A program made the translations under genes and the position numbers. The notes under the pieces are model-generated. The model was not told where the DNA came from. It saw only the letters and a program-made list of their open reading frames with translations, and did not search any database. A DNA stretch of 64,000 bases from a virus (lineage: Duplodnaviria; Caudoviricetes). The stretch is from the IMG/VR virus record IMGVR_UViG_3300025890_000021, positions 1 to 64,000 of that record; one strand, written 5' to 3'. This document shows, one piece after another, positions 31,355 through 40,800 of this stretch; positions within the stretch are counted from its first letter, which is position 1; every line of letters begins with the position of its first letter.

Positions 31355-32221
31355 CTATATCTCCACATTAATAGTTAGTAACATTGAATCTTTCAATGGA
31401 TGTGTATCATCACCTGATATAAATCCTAATCCAACATTGTATTTATCATACTCGAATCCCATACCTATTGATGGATAATTCAACTGATGGTCTACATCAC
31501 TATAATATCCTGCTCTGAACCAAAACATATCTTTTAAGTTATATGATAAACCTTGTCCCATAGTATAGTATCCACTATAAATATTCCATTGATTATAAAT
31601 ATCCCAATTATTAATAGGTATTTTTACACCTACATTCAAACTTGTTGGAATCTCAATTTCATATCCATTCATCTTAGTCATTATACCGACATTAGCAATC
31701 ATAATATCCATATCTAATTTTTTCCAAAAATCATCCATGTGAATACCAACATCGAATAACATACCATCAGTTTTTTCTGTATATAAATCGTGAAAGACTA
31801 CTTTACCCTCTACACCTATTGATACACTATCCAACTTATTACCCTTATAATATAAAGGTGTACCCCAACTCACTCCGAGTTTGGTGGTTGTTGGTGCAAA
31901 CGAACCATTGACTGTTCCATATAAATCAGTCGATTTCTGTTCTCCGTAATCAAAGTGTAAAAGGTTAAAGCCAAAACTCTTCCATCTTACATCAATATAG
32001 TTATATCCCATATCATCTACGATATTCTTTAACCATTGTACATTTGTAAAACTTACATTGGTTGTAGTATCAAGATTGAAATGGTTTTTTGCGGGATTTC
32101 TAAATGCAAGTGATTGGTTCCCCAATGTTGTTTCTTCTGCAGATGGTGATATCGTTAATACACGATTAACCTGTCCAAATAGAGAAGTTACAAACAACAA
32201 ACCTAATATTACTTTTTTCAT
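31355..32221 (-). CDS. porV: PorV/PorQ-family outer-membrane beta-barrel
   Basis: Signal peptide, then LTISPSAE...LGN...FRNPA...VSFTNVQWLKNIVDDM.Y, matching the PorV N-terminal I.P.AR...G...NPA...WL..l..D pattern. Confidence 0.7.
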   Translation of the reverse strand: MKKVILGLLFVTSLFGQVNRVLTISPSAEETTLGNQSLAFRNPAKNHFNLDTTTNVSFTNVQWLKNIVDDMGYNYIDVRWKSFGFNLLHFDYGEQKSTDLYGTVNGSFAPTTTKLGVSWGTPLYYKGNKLDSVSIGVEGKVVFHDLYTEKTDGMLFDVGIHMDDFWKKLDMDIMIANVGIMTKMNGYEIEIPTSLNVGVKIPINNWDIYNQWNIYSGYYTMGQGLSYNLKDMFWFRAGYYSDVDHQLNYPSIGMGFEYDKYNVGLGFISGDDTHPLKDSMLLTINVEI

Positions 32222-32232
32222 TATCTATCCTC

Positions 32233-34884
32233 TTATTTAACGACCGTAAATTTATTGGCCTTAATTTTATTTCCACTCTGTAAAACAAATATATAAACAC
32301 CTGGTTCTAAAGTTTGGTGTTCTTGATAAACACTAACTTCAGGTAACCAAACACTTGGTTCATTTGAAAAATCAAATGTGTGTATACCTGGTTCTACACT
32401 CTCATCTAACAATGTTCCAACATATTGTCCATTAGAGTTTAGTATGTAAAGTTTTACATCTGACAACTCTTCAACATAAAATTGGAATCTTGTATTTTCT
32501 CTAAATGGATTTGGATAGTTATAAGTTAGCTCATTCTCTTCTGGTTCTCCACCACCGAATGCCCAATATTTATTCCATACCATCACTTTACCACTCTGTC
32601 TACTCACTAATAAATCTTGACCACTTGGATTACCAGCAGCATATTTATCAACGAAGTTTACAGGTGCTTCTGTCCACTCTGCATCAGGAAAATCTGCTCT
32701 GAATAATAATGTTAGAGCATTTATCTGACTATCTATCCAATAAGTTTGTGGTGCGTTACCTGGTGAATAATCCATACCACCAAATGATACTTTCTGTTTA
32801 CCTTGTATTGGTTCGTGTACATTCACATAAGTGAACCACGGCCCTGGTAAGTTTCCAGTCTTCATATCAACAAACTCTAATTCATTAGAATTAAATTCTA
32901 CTTCAAACTCAAATCCAGCAACATTTACTTGTTCTGGTGTTAGAGTGAATGGTACTTCAATAATATCACCACTACGAACTCTGACTGTGGAATCTGCAGG
33001 TAATGTCATAAACACATCAGGTGTATTAAATGCAATTTTGTTTGCCCAAGTACTTGGTGGGTTACCATTACCCCAACGATAATATGTATCGCCATTTATA
33101 TCAATGTATCCATCAGTACTTCCTACATCTTCAATATCGAAATCATCACCATCTGATGTTGAACCTGCTTCTTTTACTTTAGTACCACTTGCGTTTACAT
33201 CTCCTGTAAAGAAGTATGCTAAACTATCAATTGTGTAATCTGGATTAACATCATTTCCATATGTAGATGAACCACCAGCAAAACCAATATCTAAGGTATC
33301 TAAACCAGTCTGAATATCATCCATCAATGGATTGATAACTTCAATCTGTCCAAATTGTAATGTAGTATCTTGGTCAAAATCATCATCTTTGAATATAGTA
33401 AACTCATATCTTTGATTACCCCAATCTTCATAGTATCCATAAGGAAATGGTTCACCACCCTCTTTTAGTGTATCGATAGTTGCCCAACTCTGTAGTGTAT
33501 CACCATTTAAGTGAACATATGTATCAATGATACCACTTGTGTATGCCCATAAGAAATATGCATCATTTAATTGGAATACATCATCTCCATCCACATCACC
33601 AATAAAGTATTCAACTGCGTTTAGTGTATCTACACCTGTAACAGATTTAAACTTATTACTTTGGAAATTAAATGCTGCAATAGCATCGTTGATGTTTGTA
33701 ATTCCATATCTATCCAATGTTAATGGTGTATGTGATTCAATATCATCACTAGCATCTGGTGGATAAAATGACATACGATATTTTTGGTTTCGTGGTAACT
33801 GAATATTATAATATCCTCTATCATCTGTGTATGTAGAATCAAAATAACTTACTCCTAAGAAACCCTCACCTGGTAGCGTTTGTGCTGCAGTAGTTCCTTT
33901 ATCATCAAACCAAAATGTAGATGTATCATCACCAATGACATCATCGGTTGTTGTTTCATCAGTTAAGTTTGCTTCATTATCAATATCTTCAATGTTGTAC
34001 CAACTATTGTATTCATCTGGATTACTTTGGTCTAATTCAAATCTAATCTTCCAATAAGGATAAGTGTTATCATTAGTTATTGCATTATCTTGTGCATACC
34101 TAAAGTATCCCTCAACATCAACAAGTTTTGGATGTAGAGAAATATCTCCTCTTGCACCACCTTGGTCTGTTTCTTCCGTACCATAATTACCATCAATGTA
34201 AACATCGTAATCTAATAAGTAATCATCACTTATATAAGTGTAGTATCCCTCACCACCCTCATATAATGTTGGTACTCTAAAAGAACGCGGACTGAAATCA
34301 TCCACAACATCTTCTATTTTAAAATTTAATTTTACTAATTGTTTTTGAACACCCTCTCCACCACCAAAAGTAAATTCATCACCATTGTGTGATACCATTG
34401 TAATTCTTAACCAATCGTATCTTGCATTAGCTTCTGATTTTTCACTATCAGCAGTTTGTAAAGAATCGATATATCCAACATCGGAATAGTGAACAACTTC
34501 ATATGAATAATCAGCTCCTGCGGTAGAATCACCCTCAGTTGCTTGAGTTAACCATGAACCTTTTAATACTTCAGTATCTTCATCATCCCAATCAATTATA
34601 TCGTTATCAAAAATAATATCTAATCTTAGTGCAGTAACATCAGCACCATCATCATCAAGTGTAACTTCCATAGTCATTACACTATCTCTCCAAGCATCAA
34701 AATTATTATTATACAAAGCAGGATTATCTTTATCATCTGCTAAGTAAGTTTGTAATTGATGCGTAACACTTTCTCTCCACCAATACTCTGGTGTATCATA
34801 AGTGCCAGTTTGCATAATCCTAATGACGGGTTCTTGTGGGAAGACAAAACCCAACCACATTAGGCCTATTATCAACCATCTCAT
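32233..34884 (-). CDS. Acidic secreted protein with cohesin-like domains, a dockerin-like repeat and a T9SS C-terminal sorting domain
   Basis: Signal peptide; cohesin-like VTALRLDIIFD and VAGFEFEVEFNSNELEF; dockerin-like GDVDGDDVFQLNDA..L..Y..G; CTD YNYPNPF...VKLYILNSNGQYV...LEPGVYIFVL...KFTVVK. Confidence 0.8.
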   Translation of the reverse strand: MRWLIIGLMWLGFVFPQEPVIRIMQTGTYDTPEYWWRESVTHQLQTYLADDKDNPALYNNNFDAWRDSVMTMEVTLDDDGADVTALRLDIIFDNDIIDWDDEDTEVLKGSWLTQATEGDSTAGADYSYEVVHYSDVGYIDSLQTADSEKSEANARYDWLRITMVSHNGDEFTFGGGEGVQKQLVKLNFKIEDVVDDFSPRSFRVPTLYEGGEGYYTYISDDYLLDYDVYIDGNYGTEETDQGGARGDISLHPKLVDVEGYFRYAQDNAITNDNTYPYWKIRFELDQSNPDEYNSWYNIEDIDNEANLTDETTTDDVIGDDTSTFWFDDKGTTAAQTLPGEGFLGVSYFDSTYTDDRGYYNIQLPRNQKYRMSFYPPDASDDIESHTPLTLDRYGITNINDAIAAFNFQSNKFKSVTGVDTLNAVEYFIGDVDGDDVFQLNDAYFLWAYTSGIIDTYVHLNGDTLQSWATIDTLKEGGEPFPYGYYEDWGNQRYEFTIFKDDDFDQDTTLQFGQIEVINPLMDDIQTGLDTLDIGFAGGSSTYGNDVNPDYTIDSLAYFFTGDVNASGTKVKEAGSTSDGDDFDIEDVGSTDGYIDINGDTYYRWGNGNPPSTWANKIAFNTPDVFMTLPADSTVRVRSGDIIEVPFTLTPEQVNVAGFEFEVEFNSNELEFVDMKTGNLPGPWFTYVNVHEPIQGKQKVSFGGMDYSPGNAPQTYWIDSQINALTLLFRADFPDAEWTEAPVNFVDKYAAGNPSGQDLLVSRQSGKVMVWNKYWAFGGGEPEENELTYNYPNPFRENTRFQFYVEELSDVKLYILNSNGQYVGTLLDESVEPGIHTFDFSNEPSVWLPEVSVYQEHQTLEPGVYIFVLQSGNKIKANKFTVVK

Positions 34885-34962
34885 CGTAGTTCCTTTTCAG
34901 TTATTTTAATCTATGTCAACTCCCACTCGATTGGTGGGTTTGGTGTAGCCTTAATTCACAAT

Positions 34963-34970
34963 AATAAATA
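34963..34970 (-). promoter_or_regulatory. TATTTATT motif upstream of the envelope cassette
   Basis: Intergenic, about 80 nt upstream of 34884. Confidence 0.45.
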
Positions 34971-34995
34971 TAATATATAAAAAAATAATGATGTG

Positions 34996-36003
34996 TTATA
35001 CATCAAATCTTACAACAATCGAAGTATTGATATCGTTACCTAATTTGATAGGTTTTGCCAATTTACCAATAACTAATAATTCATTGTTATCATTGTATAA
35101 ACCGACTGTCGTTACATATGGTTTGAAATCTGAATGTGATACAAACCCTTGATATCCACTTGCTTGTGTGTAAGATGTTTTGTAGCTTCCTGTCCCTGCA
35201 CCTGTTGGTTGGTCTGAAGGTGCGAAGAACTTGTGTATGTCCGTTGAACCCTCTGCTACATTTATACTGCCACTTAAATTTTCAGTTGCAGATTTATTTG
35301 TGATTAAGTTAAATTCACCTGGTTCGATTGTAACCAAGTATTCGTATTCGTAAATTGTTTGTGTTGCTTGAAAGTTCAAATCAAATGTAGTATCACCTGC
35401 ATTTAGTAATGAACCTGTATCTGTAAGTACAACTAATCCATGTGAGTAAAAAGCATTACCCACTTGTGAACCACTTCCGTTTGCTATGATTCCTTGTGTT
35501 CTATCAAATGAACTTGATTTATAAGCTGCGTAACTTGCTGAATGAGCAAAATCATAAATGTTACCATCACCATCATCTCTTAATTGATAAGTCTTTCCAC
35601 CATTCGTTACATCTAAATTAATACTACCTGGTTTTAATTCTTCACCAAATAGTTCTTGTGGTATAGTAAATATTTTTGCATTACCATGTAGTTCTCTTTT
35701 TTCTACTTGGTAATTATTTCCACCGAATGTTCTGTATGGTTCAAGATTTTCATAGTACAAATGTTTTATACTAAACCAATTTGGTCTATCATAATATGTA
35801 CCATATTCAAACTTGGAAGAACTACCATGAAACCGACCGAATGATTGTGAGGCAGCACTTCCAGTATTGAAATTAAATAGTGAACCACTCTCAGCGTTTA
35901 GGCGTAAGAATCCACTTCCACTATCGTTTTGATTTAAGAACCATTTCTTATGAACTTTGAATGGTCTTATTGACTTATCTGATGGGTCAATGTTTTTTAA
36001 CAT
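34996..36003 (-). CDS. Putative baseplate/tail structural protein
   Basis: C-terminal YVTTVGLYNDNNELLVIGKLAKPIK; paralogue of the next gene; resembles tail-collar protein motifs. Confidence 0.55.
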   Translation of the reverse strand: MLKNIDPSDKSIRPFKVHKKWFLNQNDSGSGFLRLNAESGSLFNFNTGSAASQSFGRFHGSSSKFEYGTYYDRPNWFSIKHLYYENLEPYRTFGGNNYQVEKRELHGNAKIFTIPQELFGEELKPGSINLDVTNGGKTYQLRDDGDGNIYDFAHSASYAAYKSSSFDRTQGIIANGSGSQVGNAFYSHGLVVLTDTGSLLNAGDTTFDLNFQATQTIYEYEYLVTIEPGEFNLITNKSATENLSGSINVAEGSTDIHKFFAPSDQPTGAGTGSYKTSYTQASGYQGFVSHSDFKPYVTTVGLYNDNNELLVIGKLAKPIKLGNDINTSIVVRFDV

Positions 36004-36015
36004 TTATAAATTCCC

Positions 36016-37023
36016 TTAGAAGTCAAGTTTAACTTTTATTATAGCTTCCCTTGAATATGATTTCAAAATAGGTTTACTTAACTTAGCAACTGCTAACAAC
36101 TCATTCTCATCATTGTATAAACCTACTTGTGTAATAAACACTTTAGGGTCTTTGAAGAATGTTGAGTTTGTTAGAGCACCATCTGAGCCTGTAAAGAATG
36201 TTGGGTTTGCACTAAAGTTATAATCTTTGTTTAGTACCCTACAGAAGAAGTTAGTAGAACTAATCTCCTCTTCTCTACGAACTTGGAAATAGTTAGCTGC
36301 TACAATTTTGTTATAAAACTTTCTTGGATTGTTAGCAAACGCATCGGCATTTCTACCAGTACCAAATGCTACAGTCTCATCTAAGTAGGTTGGATTAAAT
36401 AATAAGATTCCTAAATCAGGATAAAAGGAACCAATCGCACCACCTGCTTGACTTGCTGCTGCTGTGTTAACAACTCCAACACCAGTTTCTAATGAACCAC
36501 TAACAATGTTAAATACTCTACCACCCTCATTGACTGTTGGATTATTTGTTGCTCCACTATCATCAATGAATTTATGGCTACCTAATCTGAGTTCCCAATT
36601 ACCTGGGTCAATCTTTTCTCTCATTCTTGCTCTGTTAAATGCTACGAAGTAAAATTCTTCTGATGCACTTGGAGCACTTGTGAAAGTAAATTTCTCAGTA
36701 GATGGTGGAAGTAATACATTTGCAAATTGTCTATAATTTGCTGCACTTTCTCTACCACCCGTTGTTAACTTTGTTGTGTTTCCTGCCGAACCACTTCCAC
36801 CAAAATGAGCATATCCAATATCAAATTGTATTTCTGCTGTTGATGGACTTGATGCAGGGTCTTGATGAAAGATATCCAAATAAGAACCTGTTGCGGTTTG
36901 TGTAGAACTTGTAAAGAACGAAGTTAATGTTCCTGTCCCACCACTAAAAATACCACTTGATACTTTTACCTTTTGGTTTTCAACTACATCGTTTTGTCTA
37001 TCGAATCTTGTAAATACTGACAT
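36016..37023 (-). CDS. Putative baseplate/tail structural protein
   Basis: C-terminal FITQVGLYNDENELLAVAKLSKPILK; same length (335 aa) as its paralogue. Confidence 0.55.
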   Translation of the reverse strand: MSVFTRFDRQNDVVENQKVKVSSGIFSGGTGTLTSFFTSSTQTATGSYLDIFHQDPASSPSTAEIQFDIGYAHFGGSGSAGNTTKLTTGGRESAANYRQFANVLLPPSTEKFTFTSAPSASEEFYFVAFNRARMREKIDPGNWELRLGSHKFIDDSGATNNPTVNEGGRVFNIVSGSLETGVGVVNTAAASQAGGAIGSFYPDLGILLFNPTYLDETVAFGTGRNADAFANNPRKFYNKIVAANYFQVRREEEISSTNFFCRVLNKDYNFSANPTFFTGSDGALTNSTFFKDPKVFITQVGLYNDENELLAVAKLSKPILKSYSREAIIKVKLDF

Positions 37024-37033
37024 CTCTCACTCC

Positions 37034-37792
37034 TTATAATGTACTTGGGTCTGCTTTGATTGTTACCGCGATGTTAAATGTAGCACCTGTGGATAAACCA
37101 GTGACCGTTAAGTTGGTTGAAATATCTGATGTTACAGAACGAGAAACAAGGTTAACTGATTTACCTTGTAAGGTAATAGAACGCTTTCTTTCCTCTTCAT
37201 CCAAGAATACTGGAGTAGTTGCTCCAACATTTGTTTGTAAGTCTGCAATTTCTTCTTTTTGTATAAATTCTAACTCATCTAAGATTTTAGCAGCTGCAAA
37301 TCCTTGTCCACCTTTTAAGAAAGGAAGTTGTCTGAATCTCTTCTTCTTCTTTTTCTTCTGTACTATGACTGGTGTTAAGTTTGCAATTGTTGCATCATGT
37401 AATGTGAAAGAATATCCTGCTTCACTATCACTTCCATTTCGTGTGTTAGGTGTAATTGTTTGTTGTACACCTGGTCCGTTGAATTGTAAGTTTGGTGATG
37501 GAACTTCCAAGATTGGAAGTTTCGCAGTGTTCTTTGGTAATGATACCAATTTGAATCTCATTATTTGATTCTCGTCTACAAAACTCTCTAACAATGGCAT
37601 GTTCTCGATTACAGCTCCATAATAGTTCGAACCATTAGGGTGGGATGTATCCCATAATCTGTAATCTACTTCATCATCTGCCAATGCGAATTTTGTAATT
37701 TTAAACTCGTCTTGCCCTCTTGCCAGTAATTCTCGACCTTTCTTGGTAAGAACAGCATCGACGGTTATGCTTGTGTTATTTAAAAATCCCAT
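37034..37792 (-). CDS. Putative baseplate/tail-collar structural protein
   Basis: N-terminal DAVLTKKGRELLA...FKITKFALADD, a tail-collar-like pattern; internal K7 tract. Confidence 0.55.
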   Translation of the reverse strand: MGFLNNTSITVDAVLTKKGRELLARGQDEFKITKFALADDEVDYRLWDTSHPNGSNYYGAVIENMPLLESFVDENQIMRFKLVSLPKNTAKLPILEVPSPNLQFNGPGVQQTITPNTRNGSDSEAGYSFTLHDATIANLTPVIVQKKKKKKRFRQLPFLKGGQGFAAAKILDELEFIQKEEIADLQTNVGATTPVFLDEEERKRSITLQGKSVNLVSRSVTSDISTNLTVTGLSTGATFNIAVTIKADPSTL

Positions 37793-37840
37793 TATTTTTA
37801 CTCCTGATTGTATTTTGAACTGAGATGGATAGTGTTCCTA

Positions 37841-37848
37841 TATAAATA
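37841..37848 (-). promoter_or_regulatory. TATTTATA motif upstream of structural genes
   Basis: Intergenic, about 50 nt upstream of 37792. Confidence 0.45.
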
Positions 37849-37864
37849 TAACATCACTTACTTT

Positions 37865-40800
37865 TTAATCAACTTTTAACTTGGAATCGCCTGGTTCTTG
37901 AGTTACAAGTTTTGTAGGTGAAGTTATTGTTATTTCAACAGGTTCCTTACCATCAATAGTATTATTTTTCGTTAATAATTCTTGTTTGTAAAATAATCTA
38001 AATAGTTTAGATTCATATGCTACACTTTGAAATTCTGCTGGTGCAAATGATGAACTATATGATTCACCTCTTGATGCACTTGCCTCACTTGAATAAAAGA
38101 ATTCTTTTATTTCATTGTGTTCTGATATTCGTGATGCACTAACAAAAGGATTGAACGCCTCTTCAAATGTAGGTTCTATATCTCCCTCTGTTATACTTGC
38201 CGTTGCATATAAATTCCCATAATCACTTCTTGGGTCTATTTGATTAATTTTATTTAATGTAGGTATTCCTAATGTTCCAAGTGAACCACTTTCGAGATTG
38301 TGTAAATTTACATCTCCATTATATGTTGTGTACTCACCATGAAAACGATATGGTATAGGTTCTGCGGAACTACTTAATCTACTTGTTAATTGTATACCAT
38401 TATCAAAATGTCCTGCGTTCTCATAATATACATTATCAAACTCAGGTATCTTACCTACTACTTCTTTACTTCTTTCTAAAAGATTAGGTTCTATTAATAA
38501 ACCTAATGTTGTATTTGCTCTTGCTGGAGCTAATTTTAATAATTGGTCAAATATACTTCTATCAAAGAAGTTTATAATTCTCATGTAATCCCAAAAGTTA
38601 TTACTACGAGAATACTTTTTCCAATAATCTCTTTGTACTTTATCTAACCCACGATATCCTATTCTGTATTGGTCTCTTGGGTCTCCGATTTCATTATCAA
38701 GATTTATATCTGCTAATGAATACATAATATCTTCGTTCACCACATCAACTGGTGAAAAGAACACACCAAGTTTATTACTATCTATTGGTGCAAAACTTTG
38801 TGCAGAAACTTCTTGTCTAATATTAGAAGAAAGATTACCAAGTAGTTTCGTGTTCTCTGTTCTAATCTTTGTTGCGTTTCTTCTTGCTGGTCCAATATTT
38901 GGAACTTTCATTTGTTCTTTATCGGATATACTTCTAAATAAATTCTCACTATATCCAACCGCACTCGCACTTGCAAAGTAATTAGTTTGATATGATTTAT
39001 CATCTAACTGATAGTTTGTTCCACTACCTAAATTACTATTCTCACCCAATGGTAATCTGAATATTAAGTTATCATACATGGAAGATGTTGTGTTACCATT
39101 GTATGCTTTTGGTGCCATTACATGATTCTCAAATACACTTTGTGATAAAGGTTCACTCCATAATCTGAACTCCATCAAAGAACCACTAAGTCTTGTCTTG
39201 TGGAATTTATCATTATGTCCACCAACCCACAAGTTAGCACTTTGAGTAAATGCACCATTAATATCATTTGATGTTGTAGATAAACTTGATGAGTTAGAGT
39301 ATACAATTACTTCTCTTGATGCATCATATTGTCTTGCAGTTAACTCATATGTTACTTCTTGTGAAACATCATCCGATGTTAAATCTGCACCACTTGATGA
39401 TTTTCTTGTTAACATCACACTAAACATATCATCATTGTATACAGGTAGTAAAGAAGAAGTTACAAATGTATTTCCACTACTTCCACTAATACTAAACTGA
39501 ACTCTACCAAGATTATCAGTTGCTCCGTTATCAAGTAATTCTATTGCCCAATTATTTTCTGATTCAACAATAACTTGATTTTGTGATTTAGGACTTCTAA
39601 ATCTAAATTCAATTGTTTGTGGTTTTATATTACTAACACTATCGTTTGTCCATGGCGTTAGTAAATACTGACTTGACCTAAAATCTAATGCGTATGTAAA
39701 CTTCCTTTTTATTTCATAACTTACTCTATCATTTAAATCTGGTCCACCATATTCTCTAACTCTTAGTAATGAACTTGGTATACCATAACAATTCATCAAT
39801 CCTTTCATAGCACGGACAGTACCTTTGTTCTTCATAAAGAAAGGTAAGTTAGATAAAATTCTTTTCCATATTTCTTCTGTTAATGCTTCACTTGGTGTTT
39901 CATTTAATGCTGCACCACTTGAATCTTTTCCTAACAAGTATGTTGGTAGAATAACTAAATCATTTCCACTATTAACTTCAAAACCCATATTCTTTGCAAT
40001 TTCTTTTACAATATCCTTTGAGATACCCTCTGATACTTTAGGTACTCTTTCATTTACATCTGTGAAGTGTCTTAAGTAACTCCATATCTCATCAAATTGT
40101 TCACCCACCATATCCATAAAATCTAAGAACACTTCGTTTTGTGTATCTTGATTTACATGAGCAGGTAATTGATTTGTTAACCTATCCATGTTTGCTCTAT
40201 CATATTCTCTTGAGTAACCAATCCAAGTATTCCACCATGCGGTAACTTGAGAACTTGATGTATGATAAAGTGTGTGTGGTTCAGTAGAACTTTCTTTTGG
40301 CCAACTAGCATCATAGAACTCACCAAGTGAACTTGATGCATAACTTGATGAGACTGTATATAAAAAGTTTTCATATGGACCAAATGAGTTTATCACTTGT
40401 CTTTTCTTCAAATCAAAATCTGCTTGTGTTTCACCAGAACCTGTAACATTTGATATTGATAATGAAGATGAAGTATACTTCTCTACTAATTCTACTTTCT
40501 TTCTAAAATTTCTTAATCTTGTTTCTGCCGAACTAAAGTTAACAAAGTTACCAAATCCATAATCGGTTGTTTCACCATCTGCAGATAATTTTTCAGTTCG
40601 TTTTTGGTAATCAATATTTAATTGTACATCAAGTAAACTACTTGAGTGAACTGAGTTTATAATCTCTTCATTGGTTGAACTATCACTACTTAATAGGTCA
40701 TCATATTTTTTATAATTTGTACCTCTAAAGTTTATTGGATTTGAAGTAGAGTTTAAGTTAGGAACTCTAAGAAATAAATACTCATCATCTTCTTCAACAA

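Noticed and set aside
34900-34960. c-di-GMP-I-like riboswitch ahead of the T9SS cargo gene (CAAACCCAC...GTGGGA)
   Set aside because: Only a 5-bp hairpin; it lacks the GAAA tetraloop and GCAAA element. An Rfam/Infernal search would settle it.
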